A stretch of DNA of 32,000 nucleotides from an uncultured archaeon (lineage in GTDB: Archaea > Iainarchaeota > Iainarchaeia > Iainarchaeales > Iainarchaeaceae): NCBI GenBank assembly GCA_964577555.1, contig CAZNZM010000010.1, positions 1 to 32,000 on the forward strand, given 5' to 3'. The notes under the pieces are model-generated. The model was not told the origin of the DNA. It did no database searches and saw only the letters and a list, made by a program, of their open reading frames with translations. The first letter of the stretch is position 1; each line of letters starts with the position of its first letter. This document shows positions 1 through 10,367 of this stretch, in pieces. The translations under genes were made by a program, and so were the position numbers.

Positions 1-577
<577 letters not shown>

Positions 578-862
578 TTAATTGTTTATTTTTTTTATCA
601 AGGATGTTGCTATTTTTTTCGCGTTTTCCTTTTTGTTGGTTGATTTTACTATTATTTTTCCGCTTTTAAAAATAGATACGTCTTTCCCGCCGAATTTCAA
701 CATCAAGAGATATGGCGTTTCTATTTCGATAAAAACCTCTTTTTCCCTTAATTTTTTTGCAAGTAATTCAAGGTTCAAAGAGTATTCCCTTTTTGGCACG
801 AATTCATATGCTGTTCTGGAATTGCATGGTTGCCCTATAAAATTGTCAAATTCTATTTTCAT
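578..862 (-). CDS. hypothetical small protein (94 aa)
   Basis: Intact ORF with an AT-rich promoter-like region upstream (863-940). No catalytic motif recognised. The segment VSIFKSGKIIVKST loosely recalls a TBP-like strand-turn-strand, but that is not enough for a call. Confidence 0.45.
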   Translation of the reverse strand: MKIEFDNFIGQPCNSRTAYEFVPKREYSLNLELLAKKLREKEVFIEIETPYLLMLKFGGKDVSIFKSGKIIVKSTNKKENAKKIATSLIKKINN

Positions 863-940
863 TATTCAGCAAATACCTGAATTAATATTTAAGCATTACT
901 CCTGCATTTTTGTGTTATGTTATCTTTGGCTGAATGTGTT

Positions 941-1915
941 TTACTCTTTGAATTCTATTTCATCTATAAACCCATCGCCATTTATGTCTAATCCTTCCAC
1001 TACTTTCGCATTTGTTTTTTTGTCAAAATTGTTTGGTTTTGAACATTGATTGGTTTTTTTTGTCAAAGCTATTATGCCTGCAATTGTTCCTGAATTTCTT
1101 TTTCCAGCTATTAAAATTATGTGTTTGTTTTTGAAATATGGGTGCGGTATTTTTTCAATTACTCCTATTGAATCGTCGTTATATTCTTTACCTGAAATTT
1201 TCGATTTTATGACCCAATTTCCGCCAGACGGAATGAATTTTATTGGCAGAAAGACGTTTACCTGTTCTGCTAGCTTGTTTGTAAGTGGTCCGCCTATTAT
1301 TAAGAGATTTGAGTTTTCATCTTTAAGATCCTTAACCATAGTATCCAAGAAAACAAGAGGCGTTTCATAGCCTAAAAAGTTTGCTCCGATGAATGAAGTG
1401 ATTTCCGCTGAAAGATGTCCGTCCCTGGCTCTTGCTTTGAATTTTCCATGAGGATCTGGAGATCCTACAACTATTTTGCCTGAAAAAATGTTCTTTTTTG
1501 AAAATTCAGAAAGAAACTCCAATTTAACAACTTTTTTTCCACTGCCTTTTAATTGTGTTGATAAAGTTTTAGTTGAATCAAAATTTGCAACGATTGCAAA
1601 AGCATTTGAAATAGTTGAATAGTATTTTGCAAGCGCTCCGTTTCTTTCTTCAGTCCTTTCCAAATCTATCAAACCAGAAATTTTCATTTGTTTTATGTAG
1701 TAATATACTTTTTGCTCGCTTAAACCAAGTTCCTTTGAAAGTTCAGCCGGAAAACTTGGTTTTTCAGCCAATTTTTCAAATACTTGCCAACATTGCCTTG
1801 AAAGCAACGGTCTTAATTTTTCAGGATTGTTCAAAATATTTATTGGTATTTCGTTTTCCTCTTTGTCAGAAAAAATAAGTTTCCCTTCCAAAATTATCAC
1901 CTTTAAAATTTTCAT
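941..1915 (-). CDS. winged-helix (ArsR/MarR-like) transcriptional regulator with a large C-terminal domain ending in an EF-hand-like Ca-binding loop
   Basis: N-terminal wHTH signature PAELSKELGLSEQKVYYYIKQMKISGLIDLER. The C-terminus DINGDGFIDEIE fits the 12-residue EF-hand loop consensus. The track ORF starts at 1951, but ATG 1915 (MKILKV) is more likely because 1916-1951 is TATA-like promoter sequence shared with divergent glmS. Confidence 0.6.
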   Translation of the reverse strand: MKILKVIILEGKLIFSDKEENEIPINILNNPEKLRPLLSRQCWQVFEKLAEKPSFPAELSKELGLSEQKVYYYIKQMKISGLIDLERTEERNGALAKYYSTISNAFAIVANFDSTKTLSTQLKGSGKKVVKLEFLSEFSKKNIFSGKIVVGSPDPHGKFKARARDGHLSAEITSFIGANFLGYETPLVFLDTMVKDLKDENSNLLIIGGPLTNKLAEQVNVFLPIKFIPSGGNWVIKSKISGKEYNDDSIGVIEKIPHPYFKNKHIILIAGKRNSGTIAGIIALTKKTNQCSKPNNFDKKTNAKVVEGLDINGDGFIDEIEFKE

Positions 1916-1985
1916 ACTAGTATTAAAAATTTTATAATAATATATTGACATTGTTTTTTAACTTTTATCTTTTTAATTAAGTGTC

Positions 1986-3749
1986 ATGTGTGGTATATCA
2001 GGCGTTATAGGGAAAAATGCTGTTGAAAAAGCTTTTTTAGGGCTCAAATCGCTTGAATACAGGGGTTATGATTCTTGGGGAATTGTTTTTCCTGAAAATG
2101 GTGGTTTTCAGGTTGAAAAGCACGTTGGCAAAATAGGAGTTGCTTTGCTGAACAATCATAATTCTAACGCTGAAGTTTGTTTGGGGCACACAAGATGGGC
2201 TACTCATGGCGGTGTTACCAAGGAAAATGCGCATCCACATATATCAAACAATGGGCAAGTTGCAATAGTTCATAATGGAATTGTCGAAAATTTTTCCGAA
2301 TTGAAAAAAAAACTTTTAGAAAACGGATTTAAATTTTATTCTCAAACCGATTCGGAGGTAATAGCAAATTTGATAGAATATAATCTTTCTTTTAACTTGA
2401 ACTTTCATAATGCTTTTAGGAAAGCCTTGCTTGAAACCCAAGGGAATTATGCTGTTGCGGCAATTCATTTAGGCGAGAACAAGATTTATTGTGCAAGAAA
2501 CGGATCTCCATTGGTTGTTGGTATTTCCGATGAAAATATTTTTTTGGGTTCTGATGCGACTTCTTTTATTTCTCATACCAAAAAGGCTGTTTTTCTTGAA
2601 GATGGTTCTATGGCGGTTTTGTCTGGATCGCTTGAGGTTTTTGATTTGTTTTCAGGAAAAAAATCAAGTTATTGTATTAAGGAGTTGCAATGGAGTTTTG
2701 AGCAGGCAAAAAAAGGAAATTTTGAACATTTTATGTTGAAGGAAATATTTGAACAGTCTGATACGATAAAAAGAGCTGTTGAGCAGTCTGAAAAAAACCT
2801 TGCCAAAATTTCAGAATTCGCAAAAAAAGCAAAAAATATTTTTCTTTTGGGTTGCGGTTCTTCTTATCATGCATGTATTGCGGGGACCTATTTTTTTAAT
2901 TCCGTTTCAAATGTTGATGCCAGAGCAATGTTGGCTTCCGAGTTTCCTCAATTTTCAGCTTCTGTAAGCGATGGCTCTTTGGTTTTTGCAGTGAGCCAAA
3001 GCGGGGAAACGGCTGATTTAATAGAAGCTGTTAAAGCGGCAAAGGCTCATGGTGCAAAAGTTGTTTCAATTGTGAATGTCATGGATTCTACTCTTATGCG
3101 TATTTCTGATTGTACTTTGTTGATGAATGCAGGTCCTGAAATATGCGTTTTATCAACAAAAAGCTATACTTCACAATTGGCTATCTTGCTTTTACTTGCT
3201 TATTCATTTGCAGGAAAAATCCAGGAAGGAAAAAACTTGCTGTTGTCTTCGGTTGATAACATTGCACCTTTAGTTTCTCAGTATAATTATTTGATGAAGG
3301 ATTTTGTTGTGAAGAATAAGATTTATTCAGTTAATAATATTTTTGTGATAGGGCGAGGGCTTGCTTATTCGTCTGCTTTGGAAGCCGCACTTAAAATAAA
3401 AGAAGTAAGTTATATTCATGCAGAGGGTTTTGCAGGAGGAGAATTGAAGCATGGTACAATAGCTCTTATTGAAAATGGGACTATTGCAATTGTTATTTGC
3501 ACCCCAGAAACAAGGTCTTTGACTTTGAGCAATGCAATTGAAATGAAAAGCAGAGGGGCTTTTATTGTAGGTGTCGATTCTGTGCCAAGTGATTATTTTG
3601 ATTTTTGGATAAAAGTGCCTGATTGTGGAAATGCGAATACGATATCATTAATTATTCCAATGCAGGTAATGTCATATTGGCTTGCGATTTTGCGCGGGCT
3701 TGATCCTGACAAGCCAAGAAATCTTGCAAAGAGTGTAACGGTGAAATGA
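1986..3749 (+). CDS. glmS: glutamine--fructose-6-phosphate aminotransferase (isomerizing)
   Basis: N-terminal MCGI nucleophile Cys, GHTRWATHG, two SIS domains (GCGSSYHA, SQSGETAD), and a C-terminal AKSVTVK tail typical of GlmS. Confidence 0.95.
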   Translation: MCGISGVIGKNAVEKAFLGLKSLEYRGYDSWGIVFPENGGFQVEKHVGKIGVALLNNHNSNAEVCLGHTRWATHGGVTKENAHPHISNNGQVAIVHNGIVENFSELKKKLLENGFKFYSQTDSEVIANLIEYNLSFNLNFHNAFRKALLETQGNYAVAAIHLGENKIYCARNGSPLVVGISDENIFLGSDATSFISHTKKAVFLEDGSMAVLSGSLEVFDLFSGKKSSYCIKELQWSFEQAKKGNFEHFMLKEIFEQSDTIKRAVEQSEKNLAKISEFAKKAKNIFLLGCGSSYHACIAGTYFFNSVSNVDARAMLASEFPQFSASVSDGSLVFAVSQSGETADLIEAVKAAKAHGAKVVSIVNVMDSTLMRISDCTLLMNAGPEICVLSTKSYTSQLAILLLLAYSFAGKIQEGKNLLLSSVDNIAPLVSQYNYLMKDFVVKNKIYSVNNIFVIGRGLAYSSALEAALKIKEVSYIHAEGFAGGELKHGTIALIENGTIAIVICTPETRSLTLSNAIEMKSRGAFIVGVDSVPSDYFDFWIKVPDCGNANTISLIIPMQVMSYWLAILRGLDPDKPRNLAKSVTVK

Positions 3750-3750
3750 A

Positions 3751-5094
3751 ATGAGAAGGCTTTTCGGCACAGATGGAATAAGGGGTAAAGCAAACGAATA
3801 TCCAATGACTCCGGAGCTTATGCTTTCTCTTGGAAAAGCTATTGCGTTGTATTTTTCCAAAAAAAACAATCCGCCTAAAATAGTCATTGGCAAGGATACT
3901 AGGGTTTCAGGTTATATGATTGAAACTGCAATAACTTCAGGCATGGTTTCAATGGGTGCAACTGTTTTGCTTATTGGTCCAATGCCGACTCCGGCAATTT
4001 CACACCTTACAAGGTCTTTCAATGCCGATGCGGGAATAATGATTTCTGCTTCGCACAATCCTGCTGAAGACAATGGAATAAAAATATTTGATTCCAAAGG
4101 CTATAAGCTTTCAGATGACGAGGAGCACGAAATAGAAGATATTATTTTTTCGGAAAAAATTGTTGGGAAAGAAAGCAGTAATATTGGCAAGGCTTATAGG
4201 GTTGATGATGCAAAGGGCAGATACATAGAATTTGCGAAATCTTCCATAAAGGATTTTTCTCTTTCCGGCATAAAAATAGTTGTTGATTGTGCTAATGGCG
4301 CGGCTTATTCCGTGGCTCCTAAAATATTTTCAGAGCTTGGTGCTTCGGTAATTGCAATAAATAACCAGCCTAATGGTTATAACATAAATTTGAATTGTGG
4401 AGCCACGAATATTGAAAAATTGTCAAAGATTGTTGTAACAGAAAAAGCAGATATTGGTATAGCTCTTGACGGGGATGCGGACAGGGTTGTTGTAGTGGAT
4501 TCCCATGGAAAGGAAATTAATGGGGATAATTTGATAGCAAGGCTTGCAATTGAACTCAAATCCAAGGGAAAGCTGTCAAAAGACACTGTTGTTACAACCG
4601 TGATGAGCAATTCGTCGTTTGAGAATTTTCTGAATAAAAATGGTATTTCTGTCGTGAGGACAAAAGTAGGGGACAGGTATGTTATTGATGAAATGAGGAA
4701 AGGCGGGTTCAATTTTGGTGGAGAACAATCTGGGCATATAATATTTGGCGATTATTCAACTACTGGCGATGGAATAATAACTTCATTGCAACTTTTAAGG
4801 TTGATGAAATCTTCAGGCAAAAGTGTTTCTTCTTTATTGCAAATTTTCAAGCATTATCCACAGGTTTTGCATAATGTTGAAGTAAAAGAAAAAAAGCCGA
4901 TTGAACAATTGGAAAAGACTTCTAAAATATTATCTGTTGTGGAAAAAGCTCTTAAAGACAAGGGAAGGGTGTTAATCAGATACAGCGGGACTGAAAATAT
5001 ATGCAGAATAATGGTTGAGGGAAAAAACCTTAGGCAAGTAAAGCTTTTTGCAGCACGAATTGCAAAGGCTGTGAAAGAGGAGATAGGCAAATGA
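3751..5094 (+). CDS. glmM: phosphoglucosamine mutase
   Basis: FGTDGIRG N-terminus, active-site SASHNPAEDNGIK, metal-site DGDADR, GEQSGH sugar-binding loop. Starts 1 nt after the glmS stop. Confidence 0.93.
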   Translation: MRRLFGTDGIRGKANEYPMTPELMLSLGKAIALYFSKKNNPPKIVIGKDTRVSGYMIETAITSGMVSMGATVLLIGPMPTPAISHLTRSFNADAGIMISASHNPAEDNGIKIFDSKGYKLSDDEEHEIEDIIFSEKIVGKESSNIGKAYRVDDAKGRYIEFAKSSIKDFSLSGIKIVVDCANGAAYSVAPKIFSELGASVIAINNQPNGYNINLNCGATNIEKLSKIVVTEKADIGIALDGDADRVVVVDSHGKEINGDNLIARLAIELKSKGKLSKDTVVTTVMSNSSFENFLNKNGISVVRTKVGDRYVIDEMRKGGFNFGGEQSGHIIFGDYSTTGDGIITSLQLLRLMKSSGKSVSSLLQIFKHYPQVLHNVEVKEKKPIEQLEKTSKILSVVEKALKDKGRVLIRYSGTENICRIMVEGKNLRQVKLFAARIAKAVKEEIGK

Positions 5095-5693
5095 ATGAGG
5101 AAATAGAAAGCTTGATCAAGGAAACAGAGGATTTGATTTCCAAAGGAAAGGTTTTTGAATATTGGAAAATTGTTGAAAAAGGCGAAATTATTATGCAAAA
5201 ATTGGAAACTGCCAATTTTGGGACAATAGAGCAAGGTGTTTTGGTGATTGGCAAACTTTATTTGGGTAAAGGCGCCATAATAAAGTCAGGTACAAGGATT
5301 GAAGGCAATGTTTATATAGGTGAAGAATGCACTGTCGGACCTAATGCGTTTTTGCGCAATGGCACAATACTAGCGCCAAGAGTCCATGTGGGAACTTCCG
5401 AAATAAAAAATTCAATAATACTTTCTGGCACCAAAATACCGCATTATTCTTATGTTGGGGACAGCGTAATAGGCAGAAATTGCAATTTGGGCGCAGGTAC
5501 AAAAATAGCCAATTTGAGGCATGATGGTAATACAATTAAAGTTGAAATTGATTGGGAAGTAATGGATTCAGGCAGAAAAAAACTTGGCGCGCTTGTTTTT
5601 GACAATGTAAAAACAGGTGTGAATTCTGCAATCAATTGTGGTGCTGTCTTGATGCCTAATTCAATTGTTTTGCCGTGTGAATTCAAAAAATGA
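5091..5693 (+). CDS. left-handed beta-helix (hexapeptide repeat) acetyltransferase, GlmU C-terminal-domain-like
   Basis: Repeated [LIV]G-x4 hexapeptides (IGEECTVGPNAFL, VGDSVIGRNCNLGAGTKI, VKTGVNSAINCGAVL). ATGA start/stop overlap with glmM. At 200 aa it has no nucleotidyltransferase domain. Confidence 0.75.
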   Translation: MNEEIESLIKETEDLISKGKVFEYWKIVEKGEIIMQKLETANFGTIEQGVLVIGKLYLGKGAIIKSGTRIEGNVYIGEECTVGPNAFLRNGTILAPRVHVGTSEIKNSIILSGTKIPHYSYVGDSVIGRNCNLGAGTKIANLRHDGNTIKVEIDWEVMDSGRKKLGALVFDNVKTGVNSAINCGAVLMPNSIVLPCEFKK

Positions 5694-5707
5694 TTTTTTT
5701 TGGTTTT

Positions 5708-8700
5708 TTAGATTATTTTTCCAGTTACTGCATCAACTTGGACAATTCTTTTTTTGTCGTTAAGGGTTAAAGAAATGTTCCAAATTGGCCAATAAAGTAC
5801 TTCTATTCTTTTTACTATGGTGTTTGGCCAAAGTTTTTTGAATGATTCAACAGCCTCGTCTTTTGAAACTTTTTCCTTTTCAACGTTTATGGCTTCCATT
5901 TTTGTGAATGGCAAGGCTGAAATTGATGAAAGTAATTCGTGCCTTTCATCTGGCGGCAAATCAATATAATTTGAAACACTATACAAAGATTTTTCATTTT
6001 CGTTTTTTTTGATTATCAATTTTTTTTCTAAAAGCCTGTTTATTGTTCTTAAAGCTTTGGCTTCATCAATATTTGCTGCAGCCATTATTTCCTGGACAAC
6101 CATGTTTTTTCCTCGCAGAAGTTTTATTACTTCAATTTCTTCTTGTGACAATATGCTCATGGCTCTTAAGCCTCTTGATTCTATGAATTGTCCATTTTTG
6201 AAGTGCAAGAATTCGCCAGACTTTGAATTTATATAACATTCTTTGGCTATGAGTTCTCTCCTGCTTGTAATGGCATCGTAAATTATTTTCCATATTGGCG
6301 AATATTTCATTATAATTCCTTCTATTGATTCCGATTTTCCAAATATTCCGAAAATGGCTTTTTTTCTTATACTGTCAGCCAGCTTTAAAGCTGTTTTTTC
6401 ATCAATTCTTTGTGGAAGAGTCAAAATTTCAACAGTTGGCTCCACAATAGAGCTAATCTCTTTTTTCAATTCTTCGAATTTTTTTTCTTTTTCAAAAGGT
6501 TCTTTGGATAATTTTTTGAGTTCCAATTCATCTTCCTTAAATGCTTCCAGTGTTTCATCTTTTGACTCTGCAATTGGATTTTTAGCAAACTTTTCAAGTC
6601 CTGCAATTTCTATCTTGTCAGAACTAACCATAAAGCCAGCTTCAACCAGTTTTTTCAACAATTTATCCATGTCGACTTTTGCTTTGTATTTGGAGTTCAA
6701 TGTTTCTATTGCAAGTTTTGCTTTATCCATGTCAAGCGATTTTTCCTCTTTGATGTTTTTCACCAGCATTTCGAATGCAATTTTATCAACCTGGCTTACA
6801 TCAATTTGCTCAGCCATTCCGGTGGTTTCAGCATCTCTGCCCTCGTGTTGAGATTTTCTTGGCCTAATAGCCATGACAAAAGCCCTGCTTGTTTCTTCTC
6901 GCCTGTCGCCTGTCAAAGCCACGCCAACAGGCAAAGTTTTAATGAAATTCGGGGCTCTGTATTTTCTTGGAATTATCGTAGGAGTTCTTTTGAAAACAGC
7001 TTTTATGTCATCGTCAAATATCAATTTATGAGTAATTATTATGTCTAATTGACTTAGAACTTTTGTATTTATTGCGGAAGGCTGTTGCGTTGCAAAGACA
7101 ACCGAAAGTCCGGGCCTTCTTCCTTGTTTTACATACTCAATGAGCCCTTGAGTAGCCGCGGTTATTTCATTTCCGCTTGGTATAAGGGTATGTGCTTCAT
7201 CTATGAATAGCCAAGTCGGGGGGATTTCAAGCTCCAAGAGTTCATTCATGCTTAAAGACTTGAATTTGTTGGCTGCTTCTTTTCTTGTTGATATTTTTCT
7301 TGCAGCAAGCAGTCTTCTTGAAAGTATTCCAATAACAAGAGCAGTTACGTTGTCTTCCAAGAATGAAGTATCCAATATTGTTAATTGTCCTTCTCTGGAT
7401 AGTTCTCCAAGTGCCGTGCCCTTTTCGTGGAAAATACCCCAACTCTTTGCAGCTTCAAATCTGCTTACAATTGCTCTTATTGAATCAGGTTTGTATCCTT
7501 TGTCCTTGCTATTAAGTTCGGAATCTGTTTCAAGGCACTCAATAAGGTCATCCAAAGAATAATTAGCACCTTTTGGCTGGACTTTTACATTTCCTTCTAT
7601 TTTTTTGTATCCTTTTTCCACTTTTTTCAAAACCTTGTCAAGCAAAAGCCCAGAAACCGAAAACCTATCAACTCCAAAAGTCAAAGCCCAATCTTCGCTT
7701 GTAAGCAATGAAGGCTTTATTGAAAATCCAGCGTCATAAGTTGATTTTGGCACTTGCCCTTTCATTCCTTCAGGTATAAAAACTTTGACATTGTTCAAAC
7801 CTTTGGCATCCAAACCCCATTCTTTAAGCTTTTCAATCTCTTTTTGGTCTTTATTTGGAAACCTCATAGACCAAAAAACACCGATTGGATCAACTACTAT
7901 AATACCTACATTTTTGTTTTTTTCCGCTAGCTCTTCAGCTATTACACCCAAAACGTATGATTTTCCAGAACCCCTTGCGCCGCAAACAAATACCACGTGT
8001 GGATTAAGAGAGTCAAGATAAACATCCCAATCTTCAAATTCTTTTTCTTTCACTTTCCCAACATGCAACCCGCCTTCAAATTTATAATTTGCAAAAACAC
8101 TGGCTTTTCTGCCAATAAAAACCGCTTTTTTTTCGTTGTCTGAAAGAAAAGAAAGTTTTGTCTCTTCCTGCAAAACTTCTTCAGGTTGTACGTTAGTCGC
8201 GGATTTGTCAGCTTTTTCCAAAATCACTTTTTTTATTTCTTCCTTGCTGGGCGCAACGTATTTTTTTTCCTCGCGAGAATAATGGTCTACATCAAAATCA
8301 AATTCTTCATCATCCCAATCTTCAGGGCTTTTTTCATCTTCGTTTTCATCAAAATCTGGATAATCCTCTTCATCAGCAATTTCATCGTCATTGTCTTCGA
8401 TTGTTTCATCTTCTCTAGGCGTTGTTTTGTTTTTTTCTTCTTGCATTTGATTTTTTTTGTGTTGATTGTTTTGTTTCGTTTCGTTTTCTTTTGTTGTTTT
8501 TTCGCTTTTCTTGTCTTTGCTAGGTTCTGCTAATTCTTTTTCAACAATTGTTTTGTAATTGTCTTTTTCCTCTTCTTCTTGTGCTTGGTTTTGTTGATTT
8601 ATTGTTTGGTTGTTTTCTTCTTGTGTTTGCTTTTGTTCTTCTGTTTTGTTTTTTTCCGCAGCATGTTCAACTTTTTTTGTATTGTTTGATTCGCTCTTTT

Positions 8701-8995
8701 GTTTTTTTTTCTTTTTTTCTTCAACCCATTCTTCCGCACCATATTCCTCCAAATATTCTTCCTCTTCTTCGCTGTCTGAAAAATCCATCCATTCGCTTTT
8801 CATTGTTTTTTCAGCTTCTTTTTCTTCATAGTCTTCTGGCATTATCTCCTTTTCATTATTGTCAATAGCTTGGCGCAAAGATTCAACTTTTGATTGCTTT
8901 TCGTTGTCTTTTAGCATTTCCTCAAAAATATCAACGGTGTTTTTATCGTCCTTTTCAGGTTTGTTTTTATGGTTTTTTTCATATTCTTCGTTCAT
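5708..8995 (-). CDS. HerA/FtsK-superfamily (DUF87-type) P-loop ATPase with a long acidic low-complexity N-terminus and a wHTH-containing C-terminal extension
   Basis: Walker A VCGARGSGKSYVLG, Walker B WLFIDEAHTLIP, and the VVFATQQPS motif typical of HerA-like ATPases. The first ~300 aa are E/D/K/N/Q-rich. A C-terminal wHTH-like segment reads EIEVIKLLRGKNMVVQEIMAAANIDEAKALRTINRLLEKKLI. The track ORF extends to 9046; ATG 8995 (MNEEYEK) is preferred because the upstream 50 nt look like promoter. Confidence 0.8.
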   Translation of the reverse strand: MNEEYEKNHKNKPEKDDKNTVDIFEEMLKDNEKQSKVESLRQAIDNNEKEIMPEDYEEKEAEKTMKSEWMDFSDSEEEEEYLEEYGAEEWVEEKKKKKQKSESNNTKKVEHAAEKNKTEEQKQTQEENNQTINQQNQAQEEEEKDNYKTIVEKELAEPSKDKKSEKTTKENETKQNNQHKKNQMQEEKNKTTPREDETIEDNDDEIADEEDYPDFDENEDEKSPEDWDDEEFDFDVDHYSREEKKYVAPSKEEIKKVILEKADKSATNVQPEEVLQEETKLSFLSDNEKKAVFIGRKASVFANYKFEGGLHVGKVKEKEFEDWDVYLDSLNPHVVFVCGARGSGKSYVLGVIAEELAEKNKNVGIIVVDPIGVFWSMRFPNKDQKEIEKLKEWGLDAKGLNNVKVFIPEGMKGQVPKSTYDAGFSIKPSLLTSEDWALTFGVDRFSVSGLLLDKVLKKVEKGYKKIEGNVKVQPKGANYSLDDLIECLETDSELNSKDKGYKPDSIRAIVSRFEAAKSWGIFHEKGTALGELSREGQLTILDTSFLEDNVTALVIGILSRRLLAARKISTRKEAANKFKSLSMNELLELEIPPTWLFIDEAHTLIPSGNEITAATQGLIEYVKQGRRPGLSVVFATQQPSAINTKVLSQLDIIITHKLIFDDDIKAVFKRTPTIIPRKYRAPNFIKTLPVGVALTGDRREETSRAFVMAIRPRKSQHEGRDAETTGMAEQIDVSQVDKIAFEMLVKNIKEEKSLDMDKAKLAIETLNSKYKAKVDMDKLLKKLVEAGFMVSSDKIEIAGLEKFAKNPIAESKDETLEAFKEDELELKKLSKEPFEKEKKFEELKKEISSIVEPTVEILTLPQRIDEKTALKLADSIRKKAIFGIFGKSESIEGIIMKYSPIWKIIYDAITSRRELIAKECYINSKSGEFLHFKNGQFIESRGLRAMSILSQEEIEVIKLLRGKNMVVQEIMAAANIDEAKALRTINRLLEKKLIIKKNENEKSLYSVSNYIDLPPDERHELLSSISALPFTKMEAINVEKEKVSKDEAVESFKKLWPNTIVKRIEVLYWPIWNISLTLNDKKRIVQVDAVTGKII

Positions 8996-9128
8996 ATTAA
9001 AACCAAATAAATAATATGCATGGATAATAAAATTATTCCTATGCAAAACATCTAAAGAACCATTGTTTTTTTGTATTCTGCTTTTTCAACACAAACATTA
9101 ATTAATAAATCGCATATTTTTTTTCTTC

Positions 9129-10319
9129 ATGGATTTTTCAAAATCCTCTGCTATTGAATTGCATTATAATTTAAAAGGCAAGCTTTCTGTCCAATCAAAA
9201 ATAAAAATAAAATCCAAAGACGAGCTTTCACTTGTCTATACTCCAGGGGTTGCCGAGCCGTGCATTGAAATAGCCAAGGACAAAAAAAAGGTTTTTGATT
9301 ATACTATAAAAAGCAACACTGTTGCAGTGGTTACGGATGGAACCGCGGTTCTTGGATTAGGAGACATAGGGCCTGAAGCCTCTATTCCTGTAATGGAAGG
9401 AAAAGCCATGCTTTTCAAGGAATTTGCAGGAATAGATTCTTTTCCAATTGCTTTGGCAACAAAGGATGTGAATGAAATAGTTTCAATCATAAAAGCAATT
9501 TCACCTATTTTTGGAGGCATAAACCTTGAAGATATTTCAGCGCCAAGGTGTTTTGAAATTGAAAAAAAATTGCAAGACATAGGGATTCCAGTAATGCATG
9601 ATGACCAGCATGGGACTGCAGTAGTTGTCCAAGCGGCTCTTTCAAATGCGCTTAAAGTGGTGAAAAAAGACCCTTCTTCAGTAAAAGTTGTTGTAAGTGG
9701 TGCCGGAGCCGCTGGCACAGCAATATGCAAGCAATTGACATGTTCCGGATTTGATACTGCTCTTTGTTCCAGAGTAAAAGAAGTTTTGGTTGTTGACAGC
9801 AATGGTATAATAAACAAAAACAGGCAGGATTTACCAAGCCACAAAAAAATGTTGGCTGAAATAACTAATCATAATGTTAAAGTAGGAAACCTTGAAGATG
9901 CATTGGTTGATGCTGATGTATTTATAGGTGTAAGCAAAGCCGGGTTGCTTACAAAAGACATGGTCAAATCAATGGCAAAAGACCCAATAATTTTTGCAAT
10001 GGCTAATCCAATACCTGAAATAATGCCAAAAGATGCTATTTCTGCAGGAGCAGCCATTGTAGGAACAGGCAGAAGCGACTTTCCAAATCAAATAAACAAT
10101 GTTCTTGGATTTCCAGGAATTTTCAGAGGCGCGCTTGATGCAAAAGCCACAAAAATCACTCCGTCAATGCTGATGGCTGCATCTATTGCTCTTGCATCTT
10201 CAATTCCAAAACCCTCAAAAGAAAATATTTTGCCAAGTCCTTTGGATAAGTCCATAGTCCCAAAAATCGCGGAAGCAGTAAAAAAACAAGCTATTGAAGA
10301 AAAGGTGACAAGAATCTAA
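9129..10319 (+). CDS. NAD(P)-dependent malic enzyme (short form)
   Basis: LSLVYTPGVAEPC, FGGINLEDISAPRCFEIE, HDDQHGTAVV and the GAGAAG dinucleotide-binding motif. Confidence 0.9.
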   Translation: MDFSKSSAIELHYNLKGKLSVQSKIKIKSKDELSLVYTPGVAEPCIEIAKDKKKVFDYTIKSNTVAVVTDGTAVLGLGDIGPEASIPVMEGKAMLFKEFAGIDSFPIALATKDVNEIVSIIKAISPIFGGINLEDISAPRCFEIEKKLQDIGIPVMHDDQHGTAVVVQAALSNALKVVKKDPSSVKVVVSGAGAAGTAICKQLTCSGFDTALCSRVKEVLVVDSNGIINKNRQDLPSHKKMLAEITNHNVKVGNLEDALVDADVFIGVSKAGLLTKDMVKSMAKDPIIFAMANPIPEIMPKDAISAGAAIVGTGRSDFPNQINNVLGFPGIFRGALDAKATKITPSMLMAASIALASSIPKPSKENILPSPLDKSIVPKIAEAVKKQAIEEKVTRI

Positions 10320-10367
10320 TTATAAATACTCTAAAATTGATTTCTATTAATAGTTTTAAAATTTTTA

